Positions 40,857 through 51,013 are shown, counted from the first letter of the stretch. The stretch is DNA of 64,000 nucleotides from an uncultured Acidobacteriota bacterium (GCA_963770895.1 CAVYRF010000002.1:1440001-1504000); one strand, 5' to 3'. Notes: generated from the sequence alone by a model not told the origin. Made by a program: numbers and translations.

Positions 40857-42149
40857 ATGCGATTGAAAACCTGGTTACTCGTGGCTGCACTGGGTCTCTC
40901 GCCGGCCCTTGCATCGGCCGGAGAGCAAGCCAATGCCCCCACCGCTACCGGCGAGACGGGCCTGTTCACCTTGCTGAGCGGCGATACGTTGCCGCAAAAC
41001 GGGTGGGACTTTGGTATTTATTACAACAACTGGAACCCGGTGCTGCGCCAGCCGGGCTACCCGGACCAGAAGATCTTCTTCTGGAATCAGACCAGCGCCA
41101 GCATCGGGTACGGCATCCTGGACCGCTGGGAAGTCACCGTTTCGGTGCCGTATGACAACTACGCGGACACTCCCAGCATCGCCGCCCCCTATCTGAACAA
41201 CGACCGCAGCGGTCTGGGCAACCTTCACATCGGCACCAAGGTCCGCCTGTTCGGCGAGCCCGGCGATCTTTCGACCTTCGCCATCAACGGCTTCGTCGAC
41301 CCGTCGACCGGCAAGAGCGATTTCGCCAACAACCGCACCGGTTTCGGCGGCGGCCTGGACTGGCGGATCGGCGATTTCGTGCTCAACGGCGAATACGCGA
41401 CCCGCACCCAGGCGTTCGGCGGCATCGAGTTCCCCAACCAGTTTTCCGGCGGCATCGGCTACGCCCATCGCGTCGCCAGCCACGTCGACTGGATCACCGA
41501 GCTGACCGGCACCCACTACACCAGCAACGACGTCGTCTCGTTCAAGGATTGGGCCGATCTGTCGACCGGCGTCCGGGTGTGGCTGGGCGATCCGCAGACC
41601 TGGGCGCTCACCGCGGCGTTGCGCCAGAACCTGGAACGGCTCAACGAATTCCGCGAGCATCCGGCGCGCGGCATCGTCGGCGTCAGCTACTTCCCGGCGC
41701 GGGTAAAGGCTGCCCCGCCACCGCCGCCGCCTCCTCCGCCGCCACCGCCGGCACCCACGCCGCCGCCGCCGCCGGCTCCCGAACCGGCTCCGCCGCCTCC
41801 GCCGCCGCCACCCCCGGCACCGGCGCCCAAGGCTGAAGAGCGGGTCACCGTCAACTTCACGCCCGGCAGCGCTCGCCTCTCCAACATCGCCAAGGCGAAG
41901 CTGGACGAAGTGGCGCTCAAGATGAAGCAGGATCCGTCGCTGACGGCGCAGGTCCTCGGCTATTCCGACAGCGCCGAAAAGGGCGGTCAGAAGCTGAGCG
42001 AGCGTCGGGCCCAGGCGGTGAAGAGCTACCTGGTCACGCGGCACGGCATCGACCCCTCGCGCATCAAGATCGAGGGCAAGGGCACTGCCGACAGCACCGG
42101 CGACAAGGCGCAGGATCGACGCGCCGTGGTGATCCTCACCACCCAGTAG
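40857..42149 (+). CDS. OmpA-family protein (N-terminal barrel, poly-Pro linker, peptidoglycan-binding domain)
   Basis: Signal peptide; poly-Pro linker; VNFTPGSARL, GYSD, LSERRAQAVKSYL, DRRAV. Confidence 0.9.
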   Translation: MRLKTWLLVAALGLSPALASAGEQANAPTATGETGLFTLLSGDTLPQNGWDFGIYYNNWNPVLRQPGYPDQKIFFWNQTSASIGYGILDRWEVTVSVPYDNYADTPSIAAPYLNNDRSGLGNLHIGTKVRLFGEPGDLSTFAINGFVDPSTGKSDFANNRTGFGGGLDWRIGDFVLNGEYATRTQAFGGIEFPNQFSGGIGYAHRVASHVDWITELTGTHYTSNDVVSFKDWADLSTGVRVWLGDPQTWALTAALRQNLERLNEFREHPARGIVGVSYFPARVKAAPPPPPPPPPPPPAPTPPPPPAPEPAPPPPPPPPPAPAPKAEERVTVNFTPGSARLSNIAKAKLDEVALKMKQDPSLTAQVLGYSDSAEKGGQKLSERRAQAVKSYLVTRHGIDPSRIKIEGKGTADSTGDKAQDRRAVVILTTQ

Positions 42150-42192
42150 CGCGCAGCCCGCGCTTCCCGCGCCGGGTTCTGCCCGGCGCTCC

Positions 42193-42225
42193 AAGGCCCC
42201 GCTCCGGCGGGGCCTTTGGCTTTTT
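42193..42225 (+). terminator. Rho-independent terminator after the OmpA gene
   Basis: AAGGCCCCGC-TCCG-GCGGGGCCTT followed by TGGCTTTTT. Confidence 0.8.
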
Positions 42226-42356
42226 GGCACGCCCGCCACCGGGTGCAGCGGCGGGCAGCGGGTGCGGAGTTGGACGTCCGCGGCGCGGATCGGTTAGGAT
42301 TGCCAGGCAGCGGTATCCTCATCCCGTCCACCCGTTTTCCCGAAGAGAGAATCACT

Positions 42357-43700
42357 ATGTCTGAAAGCAGCCCGCAAGGGCCGGCTTCCGCCGACCCGTC
42401 CAACGACGCACCGGCCGCGCCGGTGTTAGACCCTGAGCTGCCCAAGCCCCTGTCCATGGGCGCCGTACTGCGCGTCACGGTGATGCGCCGCCTGTGGTAC
42501 GCGCAGCTCATCTCGCTGTTCGGCGACTTCCTGGCGCTCTACGCGGTCATCAGCGTGCTCACCTTCAGGCTGCACGCTACGGCGCAGCAGGTCACCGGGG
42601 TGCAGATCGCCTACCTGCTGCCGATCGCGATTCTGGGCATCTTCGCCGGCGTCTTCGTCGATCGCTGGAGCGTCAAGCCCACCCTGGTCGCCAGCGACGC
42701 CATCCGCGCCGGGCTGGTGCTGCTGCTGCTGCTGGCCACGCAGACGTGGCAGTTCTACGCCGTGCTCGCCGCCATCAGCGTGGTGTCCAGCTTCTTCGCT
42801 CCGGCACAGGGGATCGCCATCCGCTCCGCCGTGCCGATGCACGGCCTGCGCGCCGCCAACACCCTGATGCAACAGGTGATGTTCGGCATGCGCATCCTCG
42901 GCCCCGCCGCGGCGGGCTTCCTGGTCGCGTCGCTGGGTCCGCTCAGCTGTTACCTGCTCGACTCCGCCAGCTTCGTCGGCTCGGCGCTGCTGATCGCCTC
43001 GGTCGGCCTGGTCAGGGCGGGCGGCGGCGCGCCGGCCGCCGCCGCGGCGCCTTCCGAAGGTTCCGCCTTGGGCCGGGTGTGGACCGACATGCGGCAGGGA
43101 TTCAACTTCATCGTCCATCACGCCGGCCTGTTCTTCGTGGTCCTGTCGATGGCCGTCGGCATGTTCGTCATCGGCTGCTTCGGCCCGCTGATCGCCGTCT
43201 ACGTGCGCGACAACCTGCATGCGGCGACCAAGATCTTCGGCATTTCCAGCGCCCTCATCGGCGTCGGCATGCTGGTCGGCGCCAACGTGCTGGCCGTGGG
43301 CTCCAAGAGCATGAAGGACTCGACCCTGGTCTACGTCGGGCTGGGCGGCATCGTGGTCGGCCTCGCCTGGCTGATCGGCCTGACCTACGTGTGGTCGGCG
43401 TTTGTCGGCACCTTCACCATCGGCCTGGCGGTCGCCGGCATCGTCATTCCTTCGCAGACCATGCTGCAGCGGGAGACGCCGCCGGCGCTCCTCGGGCGGG
43501 TGGGTTCCACCATGATGTCGATGATCTTCACCGCCCAGATCCTCGGCCTGGTGCTGAGCGGCTACCTTGCCGCGGCGATCGGCGTCCGCCAGGTGTTCGC
43601 GGTCTGCGCCGTCGCGATGGCCGTCTTCATCGCCGTGGGGCGGCTGTGGATCGAACCGAGAACCCGCGCCAACTTGCCGCAGACCGGCCAGGCGGCGTAG
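42357..43700 (+). CDS. MFS transporter (MFS_3/DHA3-like)
   Basis: LWYAQLISLFGD, AGVFVDRW, FFAPAQ, LQRETPPALLGRV; about 12 TMs. Confidence 0.88.
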   Translation: MSESSPQGPASADPSNDAPAAPVLDPELPKPLSMGAVLRVTVMRRLWYAQLISLFGDFLALYAVISVLTFRLHATAQQVTGVQIAYLLPIAILGIFAGVFVDRWSVKPTLVASDAIRAGLVLLLLLATQTWQFYAVLAAISVVSSFFAPAQGIAIRSAVPMHGLRAANTLMQQVMFGMRILGPAAAGFLVASLGPLSCYLLDSASFVGSALLIASVGLVRAGGGAPAAAAAPSEGSALGRVWTDMRQGFNFIVHHAGLFFVVLSMAVGMFVIGCFGPLIAVYVRDNLHAATKIFGISSALIGVGMLVGANVLAVGSKSMKDSTLVYVGLGGIVVGLAWLIGLTYVWSAFVGTFTIGLAVAGIVIPSQTMLQRETPPALLGRVGSTMMSMIFTAQILGLVLSGYLAAAIGVRQVFAVCAVAMAVFIAVGRLWIEPRTRANLPQTGQAA

Positions 43701-43791
43701 GGTCCGGGCCGGGTCCCTGGCCGGCAGGCGCGCGCCGGGAAGGGGCGGCGCGCGCCCGCTGCGCCTCCAACGTCGGCAGGTGGCGCGCGCC

Positions 43792-44688
43792 CTACAGGCT
43801 TTCGCGGCGCAGCGAAGCGACGGCGCCGACCAGGCCGGCAAGGCTGCCGAGCAGCAGCAGCAGGCCCACCTGGGCGGGGCTCAGGAAGTCGGCGGTCAGC
43901 ACCGCGGCAAGCAGCGAATGGGTGCGGGCCTGGAGCAAGCGGTAGCCGGCGTACAGGCCGGCGCCAGCCAGGCTGCCGCCCACCAGTCCCTGGATCAGCC
44001 CTTCGACGTAGAAGGGGCCGCGGATGAAGAACTCCGTGGCCCCCACCAGGCGCATGATCGCGATCTCCTCGTGGTGCAGGTAGGCGGTCAGGCGGATGAC
44101 GCTGGCGATGGTGAAGATGGCGGCGCCCAGCAGGATGGCGCCCAGGACCAGGCCCACCGCGCGCACCACCGCCACCGCCGTCTGCACCTGGCCGACCCAA
44201 TCGCGGTCGTCGTCCACCAGCACCACCTCGGGGCGCTGGCGCCAGCCGGCGAGCCACGTCGCAAGGCCGGCGGCGCCGGCCTGCTCGCGGCGCAGCGTCA
44301 CCTCGAGCGACGCCGGCAGCGGCTCGCCGCCCGCGCCGCCCGCGTCCACCAGGTCCGCCAGGCTGGGAAAGGCTTCGCGGAACCGTTGCCGCGCCGCCGT
44401 AGCCGAGACGACGTCGACCGCCGCCACCCAGGGCGCGGCGCGCGCTTCGGCAGCCAGGCGGGACAGGTCGCCGCCGCCGGCGGTGGGCTTGACGTAGATC
44501 ACCACCCGCAGCTGCCCCTGCCAGCGCTCGACCGAGCCGGCCAGATTGCGGCTGGCAAGCAGGAAGGTGCCGCCCAGAGTCAGGCTGACGGTGATCGTCA
44601 GCACCGCCAGGATGCTGACGCGCCAGCTGCGCACCAGGTTGAACGACGCCTCACGGGCGAAGTAGCGCAGCGCGCGCGCCAGGTTCAT
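43792..44688 (-). CDS. ftsX: Cell division permease FtsX
   Basis: PLPASLEV, EEIAIMRLVGATEFFIRGPFYVEG; coupled to ftsE. Confidence 0.92.
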   Translation of the reverse strand: MNLARALRYFAREASFNLVRSWRVSILAVLTITVSLTLGGTFLLASRNLAGSVERWQGQLRVVIYVKPTAGGGDLSRLAAEARAAPWVAAVDVVSATAARQRFREAFPSLADLVDAGGAGGEPLPASLEVTLRREQAGAAGLATWLAGWRQRPEVVLVDDDRDWVGQVQTAVAVVRAVGLVLGAILLGAAIFTIASVIRLTAYLHHEEIAIMRLVGATEFFIRGPFYVEGLIQGLVGGSLAGAGLYAGYRLLQARTHSLLAAVLTADFLSPAQVGLLLLLGSLAGLVGAVASLRRESL

Positions 44689-45605
44689 GCCGGGTCCTCC
44701 GGCACCGGCGGGGCCGACGGCGACGACGGCTGGGACTCGGGAGCGGGCGCCGGCGAACCCGCCACGGCGGGCGCTGGCGGCGTTGGGGCGGGGTCAAGGC
44801 CGGCAGCCGGTGAAGGCGCTGAGGCAGGCGAGGGCGAAGACGGCAGGAACACCGCTTCCCCGCCGCCGTCTTGAGGCGGCTGCTGCTCCGCCGGCGGCAG
44901 CGAGGAAGCCGCGGCGGCAAGGTCGGGGGGATCGGTGCCCGCAAGCGTCACGTCGCCGATCAGCCGCCCGCGGTCCAGGGTGAGCACGCGCCGGCCGATA
45001 CGCTGGATGGTGTCGCGGTCGTGGGTCGCCAGAATGACCGTGGTGCCGCGCAGGTTGACTTCCAGGAAGAGGCGCAGGATCTCGCGCGACAGGTCCGGGT
45101 CCAGGTTGCCCGTCGGCTCGTCGGCGATCAGGATGTCCGGTTCGTTGATCAGCGCCCGCGCGATCGCCACCCGCTGCTGCTCGCCGCCCGACAGCTGCAG
45201 GGGAAAGGCGTTCAGGCGATGCGCCAGGCCCACCCGCCGCAGGGCTTGATAGGCCAGCTGCTTCTGCTGCTTGGTGTCGATGCCCAGGACCCGCGGCAGG
45301 TAGGTGACGTTTTCGAACACCGTCTTGCGGCCGATCAGCCGGAAATCCTGGAAGACCACGCCGATGGTGCGGCGCAGATAGGGGATCTTGCTCGCCGGCA
45401 CCGACGCCACGTTGCGGCCGTTGACGACGATCTGGCCGGAGCTCGGCACCTCCTCGCGGAAGATGAGGCGCAGCAGGGTGGTCTTGCCGGCGCCGCTGGC
45501 GCCGGTCAGGAAGACGAACTCCCCGCGCGGGATGTCGAACGTCACGTCGTCCAGCGCCGTCTGGCCGCCGGGGAAGCTCTTTCCTACGTGAAAGAACTGG
45601 ATCAA
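44685..45605 (-). CDS. ftsE: Cell division ATP-binding protein FtsE with Pro/Ala-rich C-tail
   Basis: GASGAGKTT, IPYLRRTIGVVFQDFRL, LSGGEQQR, ADEPTGNLD; TTG start. Confidence 0.94.
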   Translation of the reverse strand: MIQFFHVGKSFPGGQTALDDVTFDIPRGEFVFLTGASGAGKTTLLRLIFREEVPSSGQIVVNGRNVASVPASKIPYLRRTIGVVFQDFRLIGRKTVFENVTYLPRVLGIDTKQQKQLAYQALRRVGLAHRLNAFPLQLSGGEQQRVAIARALINEPDILIADEPTGNLDPDLSREILRLFLEVNLRGTTVILATHDRDTIQRIGRRVLTLDRGRLIGDVTLAGTDPPDLAAAASSLPPAEQQPPQDGGGEAVFLPSSPSPASAPSPAAGLDPAPTPPAPAVAGSPAPAPESQPSSPSAPPVPEDPA

Positions 45606-45653
45606 GGTGCGGGGTTTCCCTCTGCCTGCCGCCGCGCCCGCGCGTCCATGCCG

Positions 45654-47144
45654 CTAATCGGCAGGTGCGTCGGCGACAGGCGCGGTCTCCAAGGCCTGGC
45701 GCATCAGGCGCTGCAGGGTCTTGGGTTCGGCGCGGCCGCCGGAGCGCTTCATCGCCTGGCCCACCAGGAAGCCCAGGGTCTGGGTCTTGCCCGCCCTGAA
45801 CTGAGCCACCGGGCCGCCGTGCTCCTCGATGACCTGGGCGACCCAATGCTCGATCTGCGGCAGGTCGCTGACCTGACCCAGGCCGAGGCGCGCCGCCGCC
45901 GCCGCCGGCTCTTCGCCGGTGCCGGCAATGGCGGCGAAGACTTCCTTGGCGGCGCTGTTGGAGATCTTGCCCGAGTCCACCATCGCCACCAGGGCCGCCA
46001 GCCGCGCCGGCGTCAGGATGTCGACCAGCGCCGTCCCCGGCTGGCGCTCCTTGCGTTCGCGCAGCACCTCGGTCATCACCCAATTGGCGACGGCCTTGCC
46101 GGCAGCCGGCGTGCCCGGCGACAGCGCCACGGCCGCCTCGTAATAGTCGGCGAGGTCGCGAGTCTGGGTGAGCACCAGGGCGTCGGCCGCCGGCAGCTGG
46201 AAGAGCGCCTGCAAACGGGCGCGGCGTTCCCAAGGCAGTTCCGGCAGCTGGGAGGACAGCGCCGCCAGGCGTTCGGCGGTCAGCACCAGCGGCGGCAGGT
46301 CGGGTTCGGGGAAGTAGCGGTAGTCGTGCGCCTCTTCCTTGCTGCGCAAGGTGCGCGTGGTGCCGGTGTCGGCGTCGAAGCTGCGCGTCTCCTGCACCAC
46401 CCGGCCGCCGCTTTCCAGCAGCGCGACCTGGCGCGCGATCTCGTGCTCGACGGCGCGGCCGATGTTGCGGAACGAATTGAGATTTTTCACTTCGGCGCGG
46501 GTGCCAAGCTGGCTTTGACCGCGGCGGCGCACCGACACGTTGGCGTCGCAGCGCAGGCTACCCTCTTCCATGTTGCCGTCGCTGGCGCCGGTGTAGAGCA
46601 GTAGCTGGTGGAGCGTCTGCAGGTAGTCCTGCGCCTCGGCGGCGCTCGCCATGTCGGGGTGCGACACGATCTCGACCAGCGGCACGCCACAGCGGTTGAA
46701 GTCCACCAGGCTCTGGCCCGGCGCCATCAGGCCGCCCGGACCTTCGTGCAGGAGCTTGCCGGCGTCCTCTTCCAGGTGCAGGCGCTGGATGCGGATGGTC
46801 TTGGCGTGATGGGTGAGCGGCAGGCGGCCGTGCTCGGCCAGGGGCCGGTCGTACTGGCTGATCTGGTAGCCCTTGGGCAGGTCGGGATAGAAATAGTTTT
46901 TGCGCGCGAAGACGGAGACCTGGCGCACCTCACAGCCCAGCGCCAGCGCCAGCTTGATGGCAAGGTCGATGGCAAGGTGGTTGGGGACCGGGAGGGTGCC
47001 CGGGTAGCCCAGGCAGGTCGGGCAGATCAGGGTGTTGGGGTCGGCGCCGAACCGGTTGGGGCAGCGGCAGAACATCTTGCTCGCGGTGAGCAGCTGCACG
47101 TGGACTTCCAGTCCGATGACGGCTTCGTAGTCCAGCGGCGCCAT
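45654..47144 (-). CDS. gatB: Asp/Glu-tRNA amidotransferase subunit B
   Basis: VIGLEVHVQL, RKNYFYPDLPKGYQISQ, HLEEDAGK, LRCDANVS, DYRYFPEPDL. Confidence 0.97.
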   Translation of the reverse strand: MAPLDYEAVIGLEVHVQLLTASKMFCRCPNRFGADPNTLICPTCLGYPGTLPVPNHLAIDLAIKLALALGCEVRQVSVFARKNYFYPDLPKGYQISQYDRPLAEHGRLPLTHHAKTIRIQRLHLEEDAGKLLHEGPGGLMAPGQSLVDFNRCGVPLVEIVSHPDMASAAEAQDYLQTLHQLLLYTGASDGNMEEGSLRCDANVSVRRRGQSQLGTRAEVKNLNSFRNIGRAVEHEIARQVALLESGGRVVQETRSFDADTGTTRTLRSKEEAHDYRYFPEPDLPPLVLTAERLAALSSQLPELPWERRARLQALFQLPAADALVLTQTRDLADYYEAAVALSPGTPAAGKAVANWVMTEVLRERKERQPGTALVDILTPARLAALVAMVDSGKISNSAAKEVFAAIAGTGEEPAAAAARLGLGQVSDLPQIEHWVAQVIEEHGGPVAQFRAGKTQTLGFLVGQAMKRSGGRAEPKTLQRLMRQALETAPVADAPAD

Positions 47145-47156
47145 GGTGGGAGCAGT

Positions 47157-47855
47157 TTATCGTAACCGCGGCGGAGCCCCCCGCGACGCGATGAAGGCGT
47201 GGTTGCGGCCGGCGGACTTGCCGTCGCGGCGGTAGCTGTACAGCAGGTCGGGGTGGCAGCGCGTGCACACGGCCAGCGTTTCGACGTCGTGGACGCCGGC
47301 GGCGTGCAGCTGGTGGCGGACGGCTGCCTGCAGGTCCAGCACCGGGCGGCCGCGCGGGCCCGGCGTGGCGATGGCGGAGGTAGAGGCGGCGACGACCTGG
47401 GCGGCCACGTCTTCGCCGGTTTCGTAGCAGCAGCGGCCGATGGCGGGGCCGATCCAGGCCTGGACCTGGGCGGCCGGGGCGGCCAGCGTGTGCAGAGCGT
47501 TGGCCAGGATGTTGGCGGCGATGCCTCGCCAGCCGGCATGGACGGCGGCGACGTGCGTCGCGGTAGCCAGCAGGATGGGCACGCAGTCGGCGGTGACGAC
47601 GCTCAGGGCGCAGCCGGCGGTGCGCGGTTGGACCAGGGCGTCGCCTTCGCCGCAGGCGCCGGGGTGGGCGGCCAGAACCTGGGCGGAATGGACCTGGGTG
47701 GCCCAGGCGACGGGGCGGGCATCCCCGGTGAGCTGGCGGTACACGTCGTCGCGGGCGGCTGGGGCGGGGCCGCGGCCGGCGAACAGGACGGTCAAGCCGG
47801 GAGCGTCGGCGCGCCACAGGGCATGTCCCGCCACGGTCTCGGGGCCGGACAGCAT
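47157..47855 (-). CDS. pgeF: YfiH/PgeF-family protein
   Basis: QVHS, TADCVP, HAGWRG, GPAIGRCCYE, CT.C...YSYRR. Confidence 0.92.
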   Translation of the reverse strand: MLSGPETVAGHALWRADAPGLTVLFAGRGPAPAARDDVYRQLTGDARPVAWATQVHSAQVLAAHPGACGEGDALVQPRTAGCALSVVTADCVPILLATATHVAAVHAGWRGIAANILANALHTLAAPAAQVQAWIGPAIGRCCYETGEDVAAQVVAASTSAIATPGPRGRPVLDLQAAVRHQLHAAGVHDVETLAVCTRCHPDLLYSYRRDGKSAGRNHAFIASRGAPPRLR

Positions 47856-47860
47856 GCGAT

Positions 47861-49075
47861 TCAGAGGGGGCGCTGGCGGAAGCCGCGCGGATCGCGGGCG
47901 AAGGCGCGCAGCTGGCCGCAGGCGGCGCTGACGTCGTCGCCGCGGCGGCGGCGCAGCGTCACGGTCATGCCGCGCTGGATGAGGCGCTGCTGGAACGCTT
48001 CGATGCGGGCGGCGGGCGGCGGCTGCATCGCGGAGCCGAGCACCGGGTCTGGGTTGATGGGGATGAGGTTGACCTTGGCGCGCACCCTCGCGAGCACCCT
48101 GACCAGGTGGTCGGCGTCGGCCAGCGCGTCGTTGAAGCCGTCGATCAGCAGGTATTCAAAGGTGATCTTGCGCCCCCGCTCCAGCGGATAGCGGGCCAGC
48201 ACCGCCAGCAGGTCGGCCAGCGGGTAGCTGCGGTTGATCGGCATGATCTGCGAGCGGCGCGCGTCGTCGGGCGCGTGCAGGGAGACGGCCAGGTTGGGCC
48301 GCCGCGGCCAGCCGGCCAGCTCTTCGATGCCGGGGATCACGCCCGCGGTCGAGATGGTGATGCGCCGCAGCGAGATCGACAGGCAGAGGATATCCAGCGC
48401 GGCGCGCAGGCTGGGCAGGTTGAGCAGCGGTTCGCCCATCCCCATGAACACCAGGCGCAGGCCGGCCGGGGGCAACCCGCGATCGGCGCGGATGGCCAGC
48501 ACCTGCGACACGATTTCGCCGGCGGTGAGATTGCGCCCCGCGCCCCAATACCCGGTGACGCAAAAGGCGCACGCCAGAGCACAGCCCGCCTGGCTGGAGA
48601 TGCACAGCGTCCGGCGATCGCGGTCCGGGATGTCGACCGCCTCTATGCTGGCGCCATCGTGCAGCTTGAACAGGTACTTGCACGTCCCGTCGACGGACTC
48701 CGCGCGCGACGCGATCTGCGGCCAGCCGATGCGAAAGCGCTCGGCCAGACGCGAGCGCAGGTCGCGGTGCAGCTCGGTCATCTCCGCGAACTCGCGCACC
48801 CCGCGCACGTGCAACGCCTGAAAGATCTGATCGGCGCGGAACGGCCGGTCGATCACCTCGCCCAGCGTCGCGCGCAGCGCGCCGGGCGGGAGCCCCAGCA
48901 GGTCCGGCCGCTCTGCCGCGGCCGCATCCGTCCCCGCGGGCAGCACAGCCGAAGCAGCGGGCGCCCCGCCGGCGACGGACGTCGGCAATTCCAGAGCGGT
49001 GGACGCGGAAGACGCGATGGACGCTGCGGACGGAGACGATGGCGCTGCCGGCGTGGGCGGGTTCACGTCAGACAC
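47861..49075 (-). CDS. rlmN: 23S rRNA m2A2503 methyltransferase RlmN
   Basis: CISSQAGCALACAFC, FMGMGEP, SLHAP, FEY, DVSAACGQL; GTG start overlapping the upstream gene. Confidence 0.95.
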   Translation of the reverse strand: MSDVNPPTPAAPSSPSAASIASSASTALELPTSVAGGAPAASAVLPAGTDAAAAERPDLLGLPPGALRATLGEVIDRPFRADQIFQALHVRGVREFAEMTELHRDLRSRLAERFRIGWPQIASRAESVDGTCKYLFKLHDGASIEAVDIPDRDRRTLCISSQAGCALACAFCVTGYWGAGRNLTAGEIVSQVLAIRADRGLPPAGLRLVFMGMGEPLLNLPSLRAALDILCLSISLRRITISTAGVIPGIEELAGWPRRPNLAVSLHAPDDARRSQIMPINRSYPLADLLAVLARYPLERGRKITFEYLLIDGFNDALADADHLVRVLARVRAKVNLIPINPDPVLGSAMQPPPAARIEAFQQRLIQRGMTVTLRRRRGDDVSAACGQLRAFARDPRGFRQRPL

Positions 49076-49367
49076 TGCTGCGCCGCCGGCGCAGTCGCCG
49101 CGTCGGATCGATGCCGATCGACTTGAGGAACGAGAGATCACGGCTGTCGATCTGGAACAGCGGTTCGCCCGCCGCCGTCTTCGGCAACGCGGCAAGGCTG
49201 GGCACGTCGGGATCGTTCGCTTCCCTCTTGCAGTCCACCAGCAGATAGAGCGAGTAGCCCTCCTCGCGGATCTTGCGCAGCGTTCTGCTGACTTCCGAGG
49301 ATTCTGAGATCGCTTCGGAGAGTGCGCGACGCAGGTCGCGAAGCATGTGATGCAGCTTATCGTCCAG
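49068..49367 (-). CDS. Small hypothetical protein (99 aa), probable CTG start
   Basis: GGAGG-N8-CTG GAC GAT AAG; ...ALSEAISESS...IREEGYSLYLLVDC...DLSFLKSIGI. Confidence 0.75.
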   Translation of the reverse strand: MDDKLHHMLRDLRRALSEAISESSEVSRTLRKIREEGYSLYLLVDCKREANDPDVPSLAALPKTAAGEPLFQIDSRDLSFLKSIGIDPTRRLRRRRSSV

Positions 49368-49451
49368 CGGACCAACCTCCCGGCGGCCTCACAGGCGGCA
49401 CCGGCATCAACCAAATCGCCCGGCGCAACCATCCAAGGAAGCCGAAGCCGG

Positions 49452-49480
49452 ATTATCCCCTGCCCCCCAGAGGGTGTCAA
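49452..49480 (-). promoter_or_regulatory. Sigma70-type promoter of the hyp-rlmN-pgeF-gatB-ftsEX run
   Basis: TTGACA-N17-GATAAT on the minus strand. Confidence 0.75.
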
Positions 49481-49599
49481 ACCAGGCCTGGCGAAGCCGT
49501 TCGTCGAGCACCGCTCCGCCGCCGGCCTCCGCAAAGGAGGCGAACCGGCGGCGGTGCGGAGTTGCAGGGCGCGGAAGGGAGCGGGCCGAGCGGGCGGAT

Positions 49600-50160
49600 C
49601 TAGTAGCCCGTCACGGCAAACCATGCCCCGGCCGGCGACGACGAAGACGGCGGTGAGGCGATGAAAATAAGCGGAGCGAAGCAGGCGGGGGGAAGAGCGA
49701 CCCGGCCGATGATGGTCGCGTCCCCGGCCTGTGATCCGCTCCCGGTCGTGGCGGGCACCAGGTCGGTGAAGTAGAGCTGGCCCGCCGTGGCATCGGCGGG
49801 ATCCTGGCAGCTCAACGCGGCGCGGAACTGCGGCACCGGGTTCTGCCCCTTGTCCTGGCCGCCGGAGATGACCAGCCCCTTGACCACCACGATCAGCTGC
49901 CCGTTGGAGCGCAGCAGCCCATGCACCGAACCGGTGATCGCCCATGGCGACCCGCCGCCGTTGAAGCCGCGAATGACGTTGGCCGCCTCCGTGCTGCCCG
50001 GATTGCCAGTCATAACGTCGAACGACAAGATCGTGAACGTGCCGCGCCGCGCGGCCGTGGTGTCCGGAGTGTCGGAACTGTCCTGCGCCCGTGCCGGCAG
50101 CGCCAGCACCGCCGAGGCGAGACATGCGATGGTGCCGAGTATCCCGAGAGCTCTACGCAT
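49600..50160 (-). CDS. Secreted hypothetical protein
   Basis: AGGAG SD; signal peptide MRRALGILGTIACLASAVLALPARA; two Cys in the mature part. Confidence 0.7.
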   Translation of the reverse strand: MRRALGILGTIACLASAVLALPARAQDSSDTPDTTAARRGTFTILSFDVMTGNPGSTEAANVIRGFNGGGSPWAITGSVHGLLRSNGQLIVVVKGLVISGGQDKGQNPVPQFRAALSCQDPADATAGQLYFTDLVPATTGSGSQAGDATIIGRVALPPACFAPLIFIASPPSSSSPAGAWFAVTGY

Positions 50161-50478
50161 AAGGACTCCTTTCTCTGGACGGACCTCCGCCAGGAGGCCG
50201 CCGGGACCCGTTGGAACCAAAATCATGGAAGGGGTTTAGCAACCGTGGCTCGAACCGGCTCGCCGGCCGCGCGCCACGCCCTGCACCCGCACCTGGTACG
50301 TCCCCAGCCCGCCCCCTGCGGTTCTCCCCCGACAGCTCCTGCCGCCATGGCGAGGCAGGGAGCTGTCGCCGCCTTGACGCACGGCGCCGCCTCCGCGATG
50401 CTTACCGGACCCACGGACAAGCCGTAGACTCCGGTCCCCGCTGAGGCTGCAGTGCCCAGCCCCTCTAGGGAGGCATTC

Positions 50479-50940
50479 GTGATCGAGTTAAATTGGGAGA
50501 TCGACGTACGAGCCGGCGCCGTGCAGGTCTTCGCACTGCTCGCAGATCTGCGCGACTACCCCCGCTGGCTGCCGCGGTCGTCGGCTTTCAAAGGCACGGT
50601 GCAGATCTCCGACGGTCCGATCGGCGTCGGCACCACCTACGTCGAGCCGGGTCCGTTGGGCACCCGGTTTGGCACGGTCACCGCGTACGTGCCGCCCGCG
50701 CGCCTCGATTTCCGACAACCGATGACGCTGAAGCCGGCAGCCCTTGGCGTCATCGGCATCGAACTGTTCCACACCATCGCTGCCGCAGCCGATTCGGTCC
50801 ACGTCGTCCGCCGCTTGCACCTGTCGCCACGCGGACCGGTGCGGCTGTTCATGCCGCTCGTGATTCGCTCCTTCAAGGCTGAGAACGAGCGGATGATGAA
50901 GACGCTCAAAACTTTCGCCGAAAGCGAGGCGGGCGCGTGA
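50479..50940 (+). CDS. SRPBCC/polyketide cyclase family protein
   Basis: GGGAGG plus GTG; VFALLADLRDYPRW, GPIGVGTTY, LKTFAE. Confidence 0.8.
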   Translation: MIELNWEIDVRAGAVQVFALLADLRDYPRWLPRSSAFKGTVQISDGPIGVGTTYVEPGPLGTRFGTVTAYVPPARLDFRQPMTLKPAALGVIGIELFHTIAAAADSVHVVRRLHLSPRGPVRLFMPLVIRSFKAENERMMKTLKTFAESEAGA

Positions 50941-51013
50941 CTTTCGTCGCGCCTCAGGAGGCGGCAGTATCGCCGACGCTGGCGAGCAGCCCGGCGGGAT
51001 GCGCGTGCCCCGG

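Noticed and set aside
41713-41830. CCG-rich microsatellite-like tract
   Set aside because: It encodes the poly-Pro linker of the OmpA protein with varied codons.
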